This document shows positions 8,585 to 18,487 of a stretch of DNA of 55,923 nt, one piece after another. This DNA is from a virus (lineage: Duplodnaviria; Caudoviricetes): IMG/VR virus record IMGVR_UViG_3300033291_000001, positions 1 to 55,923 of that record. The stretch is one strand, 5' to 3'. Position numbers and translations under genes: made by a program. Positions within the stretch are counted from its first letter, which is position 1; every line of letters starts with the position of its first letter. The notes under the pieces were generated by a model. That model had not been told where the DNA came from and did no database searches. It was given only the letters and a program-made list of their open reading frames with translations.

Positions 8585-10390
8585 TTATCCTCCTAAAATT
8601 AATTTCATCGCTCTTTTTGATTGCAGCTCTGTATTTTCTGTCAATCCTTGCTGGTTTAAGTATTCGCTTAAAAATAAAACCTTAACACGTTCGGATATAT
8701 TATTTGCCACAACAGCGGCTTTTGCCATTAACATTTTTTCGTCAAGTTCAGGAGCATGTCTAGTTTTAAGCTCTTTTTGAACTTGCGAAACACCAGCGTT
8801 AAACGCCTTTTTGTACATGCTCGCAACGAATGTTGTCATTTGAGATTTATAGCCGACTTGTATCGTTGATATATCTTCAAGCTTCATTTTTTTAACTCGT
8901 TTTGATAAATCGTTTAATTGCTTTTGTATAATCTTGCGACCTTCAGCACGAAACTCGTCTTCAATATCATTAAAGTTTGTGTCAACACTTTGCCAGTCGA
9001 CAATATCAAGATGACTTTCGGCAAGTTTTTTAGTTCCGGCTTGCCCAGATAAAGAAAGATTGTCGGCAGGTTCGGAAGTTCCAGATACATTATTTGCCAT
9101 ATCCTCAGTTGCTTTATCTTCAGGTGCGCTATTTTCGGGTGCATTATCGGGTGCATTATCGGAAGGCAAAACTTCAGCTTTGTAACCTGGCATCACGTAA
9201 TTTTCATTATCATCTTCATCTTTATCAGGGAGTTCGAGCATGTCTCTAATATAATTCTCTAAACTTTCATCAGGTATTATCAATTTGCCATCAACCAAAA
9301 GCTTTAAGGTTTCAAATATTTTAAAATTGCCAAGCGGTCTAAAACATAGCTCTGGATATAAATCACTTGCAAAATTATAATTGACCAACTGTTTGATTGC
9401 ATGTGAATTAATTATGCCTGATATATTTTTTGCGATTGCACCAAGCATCATTAAAAACAAATCCGTCTGATCTTTAGATAACGCAAAACTGCCAGCACTA
9501 TTACTTCCAAGATTCATAAATTGTGCTAAGATTGAACGCGAAATTAAAGTATCTTGATATTCAATGTAAGGCATGACGTCAACAAGTGTCCTTTTGCCTT
9601 CAAACATATTCAACTCAAAACCTGGCGGCAGTGTTGCTCCACCGTATTCGTTAGACCGTAAGTTTGTAACAATAGCTTTTGCTCTCTCATAGTCGCCATC
9701 GTCAAAATTTTCAGGTAACTTGACAACAGGCGTGCCAACTAGATTTCTTTCAACTCCGATATTTAACAGCTTATAGATAAAGTCCTTTATGCTCCAATGC
9801 TTATATGCGCTACGCAATGCACTTCTTCCTCTGCAATCGCCTTGCTTCATATCATGCGAAAACACTAATAGCTTTTCGATAGGTATATCAATATTTTGCC
9901 ATCCGCGATTAATTAAAGTTTGTTGCACGCCTTTTAAATCGCCAACGTTATCATACATTATGTCATAAATTGTAGATTGCGGACGTGTTGCAAATTTACT
10001 CCATATCAATTCTTTTTTATCATTTAACTTAAAAACTTTTTCAAAGACTGCATGGCCATAAGTAAACATGGTGCATGCCTCTTTTATAAAATCATCAAAC
10101 GACAAAGTCATCGAACTGAATAAAGCCTCTTCAATAAAATCAGCTATTTTTTTTGCTTTTCTTGAGTTATCGAAAGGCTTTATGTACCAGCTTGTGGAGC
10201 GTATCGGCAACTCAAGCATTAGCAAAGTCGCTTTGACTTGTGAGTCTGAACGTTCCATCTTGTTATAAATTGCGATGTCGGACGGCCACCTCAGAGTTGA
10301 CAAATACTCGTCTGTGCCTAAATTATATTGCAGCCTTGACGAGTACGACCGTCCAGTTATGCCGAGTTCTTTTTTGGTTGAGCTTGCCAT
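8585..10390 (-). CDS. Portal protein (Mu gp29/DUF935-like) with C-terminal extension
   Basis: Follows terminase; YGHAVFEKV, GRSALRSAY, ERNLVGTPV, GSFALS motifs. Confidence 0.88.
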   Translation of the reverse strand: MASSTKKELGITGRSYSSRLQYNLGTDEYLSTLRWPSDIAIYNKMERSDSQVKATLLMLELPIRSTSWYIKPFDNSRKAKKIADFIEEALFSSMTLSFDDFIKEACTMFTYGHAVFEKVFKLNDKKELIWSKFATRPQSTIYDIMYDNVGDLKGVQQTLINRGWQNIDIPIEKLLVFSHDMKQGDCRGRSALRSAYKHWSIKDFIYKLLNIGVERNLVGTPVVKLPENFDDGDYERAKAIVTNLRSNEYGGATLPPGFELNMFEGKRTLVDVMPYIEYQDTLISRSILAQFMNLGSNSAGSFALSKDQTDLFLMMLGAIAKNISGIINSHAIKQLVNYNFASDLYPELCFRPLGNFKIFETLKLLVDGKLIIPDESLENYIRDMLELPDKDEDDNENYVMPGYKAEVLPSDNAPDNAPENSAPEDKATEDMANNVSGTSEPADNLSLSGQAGTKKLAESHLDIVDWQSVDTNFNDIEDEFRAEGRKIIQKQLNDLSKRVKKMKLEDISTIQVGYKSQMTTFVASMYKKAFNAGVSQVQKELKTRHAPELDEKMLMAKAAVVANNISERVKVLFLSEYLNQQGLTENTELQSKRAMKLILGG

Positions 10391-10426
10391 TGCCTCATCT
10401 CCTGATTAATTAGTTAATTATATTTC

Positions 10427-10636
10427 TTAATTTTTATAATATATCTCTTCGGCAATTTTAATTATTTTTCTGCTGTTATTCATGTTGTAAATCTCGTATT
10501 TTTCTTTACCAAGGATTTGCGTCAAACGTGCATTTTGACCATCATCAAGCAAATCCCATATCTTAGCTAATCTTTTGCCTAGACATTCAATTTTATCATT
10601 CACCACTAACAACCCCGTTCTCCTCTGGTTCATCAA
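10427..10636 (-). CDS. Hypothetical protein
   Basis: Co-oriented ORF between terL and portal; start uncertain. Confidence 0.45.
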   Translation of the reverse strand: MMNQRRTGLLVVNDKIECLGKRLAKIWDLLDDGQNARLTQILGKEKYEIYNMNNSRKIIKIAEEIYYKN

Positions 10637-10805
10637 CTAACTTTTCCATTTCCTCAAATACCTCCGCTTTGATTCCAGCCAGATACGGCACTACTTTGTT
10701 TTTATGTTTCATGTTTTTTATTGATTGCACCATACTATCAACTTCTATACAGTCTTTTGCCAATGCTTTAATTTTTTTAATTTTTGCATCTCTTTTCATT
10801 GTCAT
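10596..10805 (-). CDS. Hypothetical protein
   Basis: ORF with AGGGGG RBS. Confidence 0.5.
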   Translation of the reverse strand: MTMKRDAKIKKIKALAKDCIEVDSMVQSIKNMKHKNKVVPYLAGIKAEVFEEMEKLVDEPEENGVVSGE

Positions 10806-10849
10806 CCCCCTTTATTTTTATTTTCAGTTAGTCGGAATTTCCGAACAAC

Positions 10850-12343
10850 TCACCAATTTACTTGCTTTATATTATTATCAACCATTTTTACATCTTTCAA
10901 ATTTCCTGCATTTTTTATAGTCATGACCGCAATTACACTCGCATCTAAAATGTTCGGCGACTTTCCGCCCGGTTCGTATTCTCGCCATTCGTCCTCAAAT
11001 AATACATGTTTCCTATGTATCAAGAATCGTCCATTTTCAACATGTACCGAAAATGCTTCAATCCTTGTTGCCTTTGATTGTGTTCCGACTTTTACAGCCA
11101 GCACAGGAGGCAAATCCTTGAGTATAAAACTTTGTTGTGCCAATGCCCGCTGGTATGCCACGCTTTCAATGCCAATTCGGATCGGTTTATACTTTTGATT
11201 ATACTGTTCGATTAATCTAAGTTGCTGCGGAAATGTCAACCATTCTGCATATTCCTCTATTAAATACATGTTAGTTGTTTTTCTATCAAAGCCCACAACC
11301 ACTAATCCGAATTTATCTTGCTTTAACTTTTCGCCTGTTTTTTTATCGTCTGCAATGGCCGGATCGACTCCGATATAAAAACTTAATCGCGGCGGCAGTG
11401 TATCGTAATAATTTAGCCATGACGGATCTAGCATTTTAACCGATAATGCCGACCTGTCATTTTGCATAGTCTTAAGCCAACGGATAGTTCCTGCTGTTTT
11501 TTTCTTTGCAATAATCCTATCATAACTCCACTGCTCAGGCCATAGCGGCGTGTTATTTTCGTCTAAACTACTTAAATGAACATAATTATAATCGTCATTA
11601 TCGCTTAACATACACAACAAGTCTTGATTATGTTGCAATGTACCAAGCACTATTCTGCGACCGCCTTCAACAACTCTACTGTCGACTATCTCAAACCACC
11701 AATCCTCAACCTTTTTTCGCTGTAGCTCTGTCTGCGAATTGCCTAAATCAATAATGTCATCTGCTACAACCCAGTCAAGACGCGCGCCTAGCAATGCTCC
11801 ACCCGTGCCAATAGCCAAAATTGTCGGATCTTTAGATTGCTGCGCTGAATCCCTGGTAATGAAAATACTGTTATCAGTCCACTTACCAGATGAATCCTTT
11901 TTACTAGGGCGGTTCGGAATTATATAATCACCAAAATCTTCCTTGAATCGCGGATTAAATTCTATATGCCACTTTATAGCCCTTAAAAACCCTTCTGCCT
12001 GCCGTGCTGTATTTGAAATTATGCATCCTTGTGTATTTCTATCCCGGCACATCATCCAAAGTGGAACTACAAGCGAAAACCAAGTTGATTTTGCATGTTC
12101 GACCGGTACATGAATTACAATGTCATCATGTATCATCATTTGCTCGAGCATGTAATATTGATGCAACGCTGTATCCACGTCCCATTTTCTGGTGTATGGC
12201 TTAATGTAGTATTCACCAAAAAGAGCAGGATTTAAAAGCATAAGGTTTTTTCTTTCTTCTTGAGGAATTAATTTAATTTTGCCTCTTGCCTTATCTGTTA
12301 AAGGTTTTAGCAAAAATTCAGTTGGCAGACTCGAATGCAACAT
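10850..12343 (-). CDS. terL: Terminase large subunit
   Basis: PVEHAKST Walker A variant, GARLDWVVADD Walker B, IGVDPA RNase H-like nuclease, IESVAYQ. Confidence 0.93.
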   Translation of the reverse strand: MLHSSLPTEFLLKPLTDKARGKIKLIPQEERKNLMLLNPALFGEYYIKPYTRKWDVDTALHQYYMLEQMMIHDDIVIHVPVEHAKSTWFSLVVPLWMMCRDRNTQGCIISNTARQAEGFLRAIKWHIEFNPRFKEDFGDYIIPNRPSKKDSSGKWTDNSIFITRDSAQQSKDPTILAIGTGGALLGARLDWVVADDIIDLGNSQTELQRKKVEDWWFEIVDSRVVEGGRRIVLGTLQHNQDLLCMLSDNDDYNYVHLSSLDENNTPLWPEQWSYDRIIAKKKTAGTIRWLKTMQNDRSALSVKMLDPSWLNYYDTLPPRLSFYIGVDPAIADDKKTGEKLKQDKFGLVVVGFDRKTTNMYLIEEYAEWLTFPQQLRLIEQYNQKYKPIRIGIESVAYQRALAQQSFILKDLPPVLAVKVGTQSKATRIEAFSVHVENGRFLIHRKHVLFEDEWREYEPGGKSPNILDASVIAVMTIKNAGNLKDVKMVDNNIKQVNW

Positions 12344-12880
12344 TTAAAGATCCTCGTTTATCTTTTTTAATCTTTCAATTGCATCGCTTATACTGCTTTT
12401 AACGGTAGAACCTTCGTTCGCTTTGACTTCTTCGTTTTCATCTGTCGCGTCTGGATTTCTTTTCCAATTCTTATTGTCACGATTTACAAGCCCGAATATT
12501 ATAGCTGTGTCGCTAGGTGGAATATATTTTTCAGTTATTTCTACACGTTTTTTCTTTTTCTTAATGTCGTTTCCGCTATCATCTCCAACCGTTTCAATGA
12601 TTGTCTTCTTTTCCGACACAACATATCCATTACAACGTTTATACAACATTGATCCTAAATATTCAGGTATAGCGTTTTTGCCTGCTTCGATTGCGGCAAC
12701 TAGCTCAGGTTTTTTTTGCCTCCAAGCATGAAAGTTTTTCCTGCTTATGCCAAGCTTTTTGCATACGCCTACAATAGTTTCTCCCATCATAAACCAATCT
12801 GTTATGTCTTCAAGATAAGGCTCGATATGTGTTTTGTATTTGTTGTTTGGCTTTGGCTTATAATTCATTCGATCAGACAC
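12344..12880 (-). CDS. terS: Terminase small subunit
   Basis: N-terminal HTH (VCKKLGISRKNFHAW), LYKRCNGY, PPSDTAIIFGL; directly upstream of terL. Confidence 0.82.
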   Translation of the reverse strand: MSDRMNYKPKPNNKYKTHIEPYLEDITDWFMMGETIVGVCKKLGISRKNFHAWRQKKPELVAAIEAGKNAIPEYLGSMLYKRCNGYVVSEKKTIIETVGDDSGNDIKKKKKRVEITEKYIPPSDTAIIFGLVNRDNKNWKRNPDATDENEEVKANEGSTVKSSISDAIERLKKINEDL

Positions 12881-12905
12881 CTACTTTTCGACTTCTGTTT
12901 TGCCT

Positions 12906-12934
12906 ATTGTAACATATGACATGTAAAATGTCTA
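12906..12934 (-). promoter_or_regulatory. Putative late-operon promoter
   Basis: TAGACA-17bp-TACAAT with extended TG; TGACATG direct repeats at 12917 and 12947. Confidence 0.55.
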
Positions 12935-13063
12935 ACAATGCGCATTTGACATGGTTTTAATTTCTTGCAAATGGGAAATATTTTTAATATGTTAATAATT
13001 TGTTCTCAAAATCGTAACTATAGTGTAATATAGACATAATCATTAATTAATTAGGAGGACGAA

Positions 13064-14089
13064 ATGAAAAAAATTATATCATTATTTGCAATGGTCGCAA
13101 TGCTATCATGTTTTTGTGTAAATGTGTTTGCGCTTGAAGCGGCTACAATAGTATTAAATGGAGCATCAACAATTGAGCTTGACAAAGGCATGCCATACTC
13201 AGAGCTTGAAGCAACGGCGAGTTACACATACAAAGATAAAAATGGCGTGACCAAGACAAAAGATATTTCAGACAAAATAATTAAATCTGGATCTGTAGAC
13301 TACAATACTGTAGGTGAATATACTATAACTTACAAAGTTTTAGATACCGCAGAATACGCAGCTGCGTCAATAACTAGAATTGTTAAAGTTATCGATCCAT
13401 CTGAAACGCCATCGCCGTCACCATCTGAAACGGCATCGGAAGAACCAACGCCAACTACTTCGCCAACTGACACAGCTTCGATATCACCCGAAGCTTCGCC
13501 TACTGAAACAGCTTCGGTTTCGCCAGATGTAACACCGATCAAAGATCCTGTTGATGTAAAATCATGTAAGCCAAAAGCAGACATGCAAAATAACAATGTA
13601 AGCATCGACCATGTTGCTGGAGACGTAAACATCACTAACGTCAAGGTCACAAACAACATTTTTGTAAAAGGTAGCCTATTTATTGACTACAATTGCAAAA
13701 AAATAAAACTAGATGATAAAGCAAAAATAAGCTGGGCTGGCAGCAAAAAGATAACTACAAATCAAAACGCTTTTACGCTGGTCGGGACAGATGCAAATGG
13801 AAAAGTTATAAAAAAGACAATACAACTAGAAAAAGGAACACATGATTACAAAGTTGAACTTAAAGGAGATAATGGCGAAAGCGCAAATGTTGAAGTCAAC
13901 GCAACATACGAGGAAAACGCAAACGCAGAACCAATTCCAATCGTTACAGATGAAAGCGTTGGAATAGAAAAGCTACCTCAAACAGGCGAGTCATCAAATA
14001 CTGGATTGCTTGTAGGTGGATGCGCAATAATTTTGTTTGGACTAGGAGCTTTAGGATATTTTAGATTCAAAGGTATGCTTGGTAAATAA
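13064..14089 (+). CDS. Sortase-anchored surface protein (signal peptide, DUF5011-type Ig domain, P/S/T linker, LPQTG)
   Basis: MKKIIS..VFA signal; IVLNG..GSVDYNTVGEYTITY..RIVKV Ig motif; LPQTG + TM + basic tail. Confidence 0.9.
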   Translation: MKKIISLFAMVAMLSCFCVNVFALEAATIVLNGASTIELDKGMPYSELEATASYTYKDKNGVTKTKDISDKIIKSGSVDYNTVGEYTITYKVLDTAEYAAASITRIVKVIDPSETPSPSPSETASEEPTPTTSPTDTASISPEASPTETASVSPDVTPIKDPVDVKSCKPKADMQNNNVSIDHVAGDVNITNVKVTNNIFVKGSLFIDYNCKKIKLDDKAKISWAGSKKITTNQNAFTLVGTDANGKVIKKTIQLEKGTHDYKVELKGDNGESANVEVNATYEENANAEPIPIVTDESVGIEKLPQTGESSNTGLLVGGCAIILFGLGALGYFRFKGMLGK

Positions 14090-14123
14090 TTATCCCTAGT
14101 AAATAAAGAATGTATTAAATGCG

Positions 14124-14157
14124 AAAAAGGACCTGAGTTATTCAGATCCCCTTTTTT
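14124..14157. terminator. Bidirectional intrinsic terminator
   Basis: A-tract, GGACCTGA/TCAGATCC stem, T-tract between convergent genes. Confidence 0.75.
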
Positions 14158-14203
14158 AGCGTTTACACAAAACCACAATGAAGAAAGCACTGCTTATATA
14201 ATA

Positions 14204-14407
14204 TCACAACTTGTTCATAACGTTCCATTTATTTTCGTTTGCATATGTTATTTTTTCGAGTATGCCTAATCCTATTTCAATCCGGTTTAAATCTTCCCGA
14301 TTTGGGAGGCTTCCGTATTTATGAGCCGATTGCTTCCGCGCGACACAATCATTCTTTATCAGGGAAAACACATAAGCCCACTCTGCATCACTTAAATCTA
14401 TTTTCAT
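14204..14407 (-). CDS. Hypothetical protein
   Basis: ORF in dense minus-strand operon. Confidence 0.55.
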   Translation of the reverse strand: MKIDLSDAEWAYVFSLIKNDCVARKQSAHKYGSLPNREDLNRIEIGLGILEKITYANENKWNVMNKL

Positions 14408-14422
14408 CTACTCTGCCCCTTA

Positions 14423-14680
14423 TCAATTAATCATTTCCATTCTAGCATTTAAAGCCGCGCTTCTATCGCACATTTCTTTACCTTTATATTTTTTAAACTT
14501 TTGCATAAAATTATTCATGTTCTGCTGCGACGCATTGTTGCCGTCACAAAGCATAAATTTATCTTTATCTACACAAAAATATGCATAAGGTACCGCGTTA
14601 TTGTTAAGTTGCAAGCCTTTGTACCTTAGCGGGTGTCCGCGCCTCAATCTTTTTCTATTTGCATTTGTCATTTTTATCAT
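14423..14680 (-). CDS. Hypothetical protein
   Basis: ORF in operon; start may be 14671. Confidence 0.5.
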   Translation of the reverse strand: MIKMTNANRKRLRRGHPLRYKGLQLNNNAVPYAYFCVDKDKFMLCDGNNASQQNMNNFMQKFKKYKGKEMCDRSAALNARMEMIN

Positions 14681-14987
14681 TCTCCTTTTCTAAGTTTTCA
14701 ACATATCTTTTTGAAATTTCCATCATGTTCGCCTTGATTATTCCTCGTTGCTCCCTTACAGACATTATATAGTCATCAACCATTCCGCTGTCGCAAATTC
14801 GCATTAAATCGTAAATGCTTCCACTTTCGCCATTATCGCTTTTTATCGATATTATTCCTGCTAAAAACAATTTTCTAAAATCGTCATAACTAAATCCTGT
14901 CAAGGCTTTAAATTCAGCCATTTGCTTATCGATTTTTCGATTTACCATAATTTCAATTGCTTCGTTTTCAGTCATTTGCTTACACAT
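14655..14987 (-). CDS. Hypothetical protein
   Basis: ORF in operon. Confidence 0.55.
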   Translation of the reverse strand: MCKQMTENEAIEIMVNRKIDKQMAEFKALTGFSYDDFRKLFLAGIISIKSDNGESGSIYDLMRICDSGMVDDYIMSVREQRGIIKANMMEISKRYVENLEKENDKNDKCK

Positions 14988-14992
14988 CCTTT

Positions 14993-15535
14993 CTAATAAC
15001 CTTCTGGCAATGACCAGTCTTCACACATTCGCTTTGGTAGCTTACTTGCTTTTATAAGCGCGTTTGGTTCCATATAATCTATTTCACTTTTGCCCGTATC
15101 TGGATTTATGTATCTAATCCATGTTGCATTTGTACCAGGTTGGCTAAATAGACCATTCGGATCGGCTTGTGGTAAAGTATATGGATTGCAATAACTAGGC
15201 GTAATACCTACTTTTTCAGGATTAGTATATTGTGTAGAGTATGGTAATCCATAGCCAATGCATCGCCCCATGTAAATAAATTTTCCTGAATATAAGTTTT
15301 GTGTATAATAATAGCATACTAGTTTTGGATCGTCTCTTAGCTCCTGAATCTCTTTTGCCATTTTCTTTTCAGTCCAGTTTTTTATATTAGGCATTCCGAC
15401 GGCATTATCCATGTCTTTTTGCATTTGTTCTTGCTGTGCTTTTTGCTTGGAATCAATTGTTGACTCTTCTTCGCTGCAACCTGCAAAAACACCTACTAAT
15501 ACGATAACTGTTAACAATAATATTAATTTCTTCAT
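14993..15535 (-). CDS. Lipoprotein
   Basis: MKK-hydrophobic-FAG/C lipobox; PQADPNGLFS motif. Confidence 0.75.
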   Translation of the reverse strand: MKKLILLLTVIVLVGVFAGCSEEESTIDSKQKAQQEQMQKDMDNAVGMPNIKNWTEKKMAKEIQELRDDPKLVCYYYTQNLYSGKFIYMGRCIGYGLPYSTQYTNPEKVGITPSYCNPYTLPQADPNGLFSQPGTNATWIRYINPDTGKSEIDYMEPNALIKASKLPKRMCEDWSLPEGY

Positions 15536-15873
15536 TTCAATTCACCGCTTTGAACCTTTCTTAAAAATTCGCTTAGTGCATAATTGTCAATTTTTTTATA
15601 ATCATAATTAGAAAAATTAATTCTAATCCTTTCAAGTATTGCCTTTTTCGCTGATTCATCTTTTTCGGATTCATATTCATATTTTGATTTAGATAATTCC
15701 GTAGTCATTCCCTGATTGTAGCTTTTAGTTTTTTCAAATGTTTCACGCTCGACGTTTGCTTTTTGAACATTAAACACCTTGTTGTATAGCACGCTTAATT
15801 CTCCCGTGCCAAACAATATAGCTATTAACAAAAACATTGCAATTCCTGTAATTTTTAAAACTTTAAATTTCAT
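15532..15873 (-). CDS. Single-TM membrane protein, coupled to lipoprotein gene
   Basis: N-terminal TM; ATGA overlap with lipoprotein. Confidence 0.65.
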   Translation of the reverse strand: MKFKVLKITGIAMFLLIAILFGTGELSVLYNKVFNVQKANVERETFEKTKSYNQGMTTELSKSKYEYESEKDESAKKAILERIRINFSNYDYKKIDNYALSEFLRKVQSGELK

Positions 15874-16055
15874 TTATTTACACGTCCTTTCAATTTTTTA
15901 AATATAAAGATAATCAAGCATATAAGCATTAGCCCTGCAATTTTTATTGATGCCACGCAAAGTATTCCGACAAAGATTAAAATAACAGGTATTAAGAATA
16001 TAGCTAAAAAAATAAAATACAAAACTTCCATTGTTTTTGTTTTAATATTTTGCAT
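15870..16055 (-). CDS. Small hydrophobic membrane protein
   Basis: Two hydrophobic stretches; overlaps neighbours. Confidence 0.5.
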   Translation of the reverse strand: MQNIKTKTMEVLYFIFLAIFLIPVILIFVGILCVASIKIAGLMLICLIIFIFKKLKGRVNK

Positions 16056-16356
16056 ATTTCGCCTTCAACGCATCAATCAATCTTCTATTCTTGACCGTAA
16101 GTTCGCCGACTTTATCGCGTATTTCTATACGTTTGTTATAATCATTTTCCTTTCCGTATTGCTTTTGTAGCGTTCTAATCTGATTGTTATTTCGTCTTGT
16201 TTCGTTGTTTTCGTAAAACGATATAATTTCACTTTTGCATGCTGGACACTTTAAGTAATACGCATAAGTTTTGTCATTGCTATTGTTGTCGACTCGCTTC
16301 TTCCATAACTTTAATTTAAATTCATTTGCGCAATTATTACACATTGCTTTGCTCAT
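16042..16356 (-). CDS. Zinc-ribbon hypothetical protein
   Basis: CNNC...CPAC followed by coiled coil. Confidence 0.6.
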   Translation of the reverse strand: MSKAMCNNCANEFKLKLWKKRVDNNSNDKTYAYYLKCPACKSEIISFYENNETRRNNNQIRTLQKQYGKENDYNKRIEIRDKVGELTVKNRRLIDALKAKYAKY

Positions 16357-16391
16357 GCTTCAATGCCTCCCCTGGTAAATAAAACTTATCT

Positions 16392-16649
16392 TTATTCGAC
16401 GTTTTCAGTGTTAATATATTTCAGGCAATTGACCGCACTTGCCAATGCAGCTGTCGTATTGTTCTTTTTGTTTTCAATTCTGTTTATTCTTTGCTCAATT
16501 TCTATCGTCCTATGTTCAAGCTTATTTAATTTATTGGCCATTCTTGCGTTGTTTTTGCTGAGAGTGTAAATATTGATCGCTAAAATCAAAAGTATCAATC
16601 CAAGCACTAGAAATCCAAATACCATCCACGTTATATCAATATTAAACAT
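16392..16649 (-). CDS. TM + coiled-coil hypothetical protein
   Basis: N-terminal TM, GAGGTG RBS. Confidence 0.6.
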   Translation of the reverse strand: MFNIDITWMVFGFLVLGLILLILAINIYTLSKNNARMANKLNKLEHRTIEIEQRINRIENKKNNTTAALASAVNCLKYINTENVE

Positions 16650-16929
16650 CGTTCATCACCTCTCTATCATTCGGCACTACTCCGCTACCCTTCCACATTT
16701 TAGTAAACTTAATTATTTCCATTATCGCTTCCCTCTGCCCCGCTAATTTAGCCATTTCAAAATTTATCGCAAGCAATCTCTTTCTATTTTGTTCGGCATA
16801 ATTTTTATTTACAAGGATAGAACTTTTGTTCTGGATTGATTGCATTTCTTTATTAAGTTTTAAAATCTTTTCGTTTAATTTGTGCTTGTTGCCTTCCAAT
16901 GTTGTTAGTAGTGATTCCTCAAAATTCAT
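16642..16929 (-). CDS. Coiled-coil hypothetical protein
   Basis: ATG at 16929 after GGAGGTG. Confidence 0.55.
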   Translation of the reverse strand: MNFEESLLTTLEGNKHKLNEKILKLNKEMQSIQNKSSILVNKNYAEQNRKRLLAINFEMAKLAGQREAIMEIIKFTKMWKGSGVVPNDREVMNDV

Positions 16930-17278
16930 TTTTGCACCTCCTAACATTACTACCTTTGCCAACTATAAGTTTATTTGCATCAGTAACGTCTTTTTTTAAT
17001 TCAATTACGTCATATTTATCTGCAAAACATGCTACTTTAACATACAACTCTCTTGCATTTTCGCGAGTGTAATCAAAAACTAAAAACCCTCTTATTCCAT
17101 TTTCGCACTTAATACTTGTCTCAAATTTGGACGAGTAACCATATTTTGGCCTTGGACTGCATATAAAAAAACAAATATTGTATCCAGAAATAGTAATTCT
17201 AACATTGTCGTTATCACTCATAAATCTAAACGCCTCGTGTAAAGCCATATGAAAAGCACTGCTGTTAACATTTATCAT
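16919..17278 (-). CDS. Hypothetical protein
   Basis: GGAGGTG RBS, overlapping neighbours. Confidence 0.55.
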   Translation of the reverse strand: MINVNSSAFHMALHEAFRFMSDNDNVRITISGYNICFFICSPRPKYGYSSKFETSIKCENGIRGFLVFDYTRENARELYVKVACFADKYDVIELKKDVTDANKLIVGKGSNVRRCKNEF

Positions 17279-17468
17279 TGCTTGTCACCTCCGAACAATC
17301 AACTATGTTGCCATCATCATCAAAATAAAATCTAATAGTAGACTTAAAACTGCAACAACTCCAATCGCCAGCCTTACACTGCTCTATTTCATCAATCATT
17401 TCTTCATCGCTCATATTTTCAATATCTTCTATTACTTCGTTATAAATGTCTTTTAAGTCCATCGTCAA
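17265..17468 (-). CDS. Small acidic hypothetical protein
   Basis: D/E-rich 67 aa ORF with GAGGTG RBS. Confidence 0.55.
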   Translation of the reverse strand: MTMDLKDIYNEVIEDIENMSDEEMIDEIEQCKAGDWSCCSFKSTIRFYFDDDGNIVDCSEVTSNDKC

Positions 17469-18023
17469 TCACCTCTTCATTCCAAAATCTCTCTTCCTGA
17501 TTTTACACATTTGTCCATTATCGCCATGAAAAACAATACCTTCGATATCACGAGGTGCTAAAAATGCCTTTATTCCATCAAACGACTTATCGACTAAATC
17601 CAAAGCATAAGCACCGTGCGGAATCAGTTTATGACCCCTTATTTTCTCTGGGTTGCCTTGTATTTTTTCGCCACAAAGTTCATATGTTCCATCAACAAAA
17701 AAGAACCAATCCGGCTTGTCCCATGCCTCCCAAAAATATTTATCTGCTTTATTTTCTCTATCGCATTGAACCCAATGCGGATGATGTCCGGTAATTGGGT
17801 CAGGATCTTGACAAGGTATTGCACCTTTGGGTATTGGCTTGCCTTTTTTAGCATCATATCTCTTGTACAATTTTCCATTGACAACCGCACATGCAGTTCC
17901 GTCATATTTGCGTGTTGCGACTGTTGAACTTAGTAACGCCCATGCATTGGCAGGATCTATTTCATCTACTACTCTACTTGGATTACTTAGATCTTTCTTA
18001 AAAAATGTTGTCATTTTGCGCAT
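17469..18023 (-). CDS. RNA ligase-like nucleotidyltransferase (DUF5565-like)
   Basis: ATRKYDGT (KxDG motif I), GTYELCG, IEGIVFH, CKIRKRDFG. Confidence 0.75.
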   Translation of the reverse strand: MRKMTTFFKKDLSNPSRVVDEIDPANAWALLSSTVATRKYDGTACAVVNGKLYKRYDAKKGKPIPKGAIPCQDPDPITGHHPHWVQCDRENKADKYFWEAWDKPDWFFFVDGTYELCGEKIQGNPEKIRGHKLIPHGAYALDLVDKSFDGIKAFLAPRDIEGIVFHGDNGQMCKIRKRDFGMKR

Positions 18024-18025
18024 CG

Positions 18026-18487
18026 TTATTCTCCTTCCTTGTCTAATTCTATATAATACGGCTCATTGTTAATCGCCTGTTCTGAAAAGAAATCAATTTT
18101 CATTATTTCCGCATGTATTTTTTCATCACGCCAAAAGTCTTGCCTAAAAATTAATGGATTTTCAATATGTTTTTCAGCAAAGTACTTCTCGGCCATATCG
18201 CCAAAAGTTCTAACTCCATTTAATATGTCTTCATCTGTACGTGTAAATATCGCAATATGTCTATACATATTCTTTTTTATTTTATAAAATTCAGTTTCAT
18301 CAGGAAGTATATCCTTGAGCTCTTCAGGTGTGTTTTTAAATGATATTTGTATGCCACCAACATCTCCGTTTGAGTCAGTAACTGTAAGCAAAAATCCCGA
18401 AAGACTCCTGCTGCACTTATTTAATATATAAAATTCATTAGTTTTTTTGTATATATAAATATCGCATGTTTCAGACATCTTTAACAC
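18026..18487 (-). CDS. Hypothetical protein, paralog of 18471-18926
   Basis: Shared CDIYI, ET..YKI.K and IF.QD motifs. Confidence 0.6.
   Translation of the reverse strand: MLKMSETCDIYIYKKTNEFYILNKCSRSLSGFLLTVTDSNGDVGGIQISFKNTPEELKDILPDETEFYKIKKNMYRHIAIFTRTDEDILNGVRTFGDMAEKYFAEKHIENPLIFRQDFWRDEKIHAEIMKIDFFSEQAINNEPYYIELDKEGE

Noticed and set aside
9137-9162. 12-bp tandem repeat in portal linker (DNAP x2)
   Set aside because: Ordinary low-complexity linker slippage
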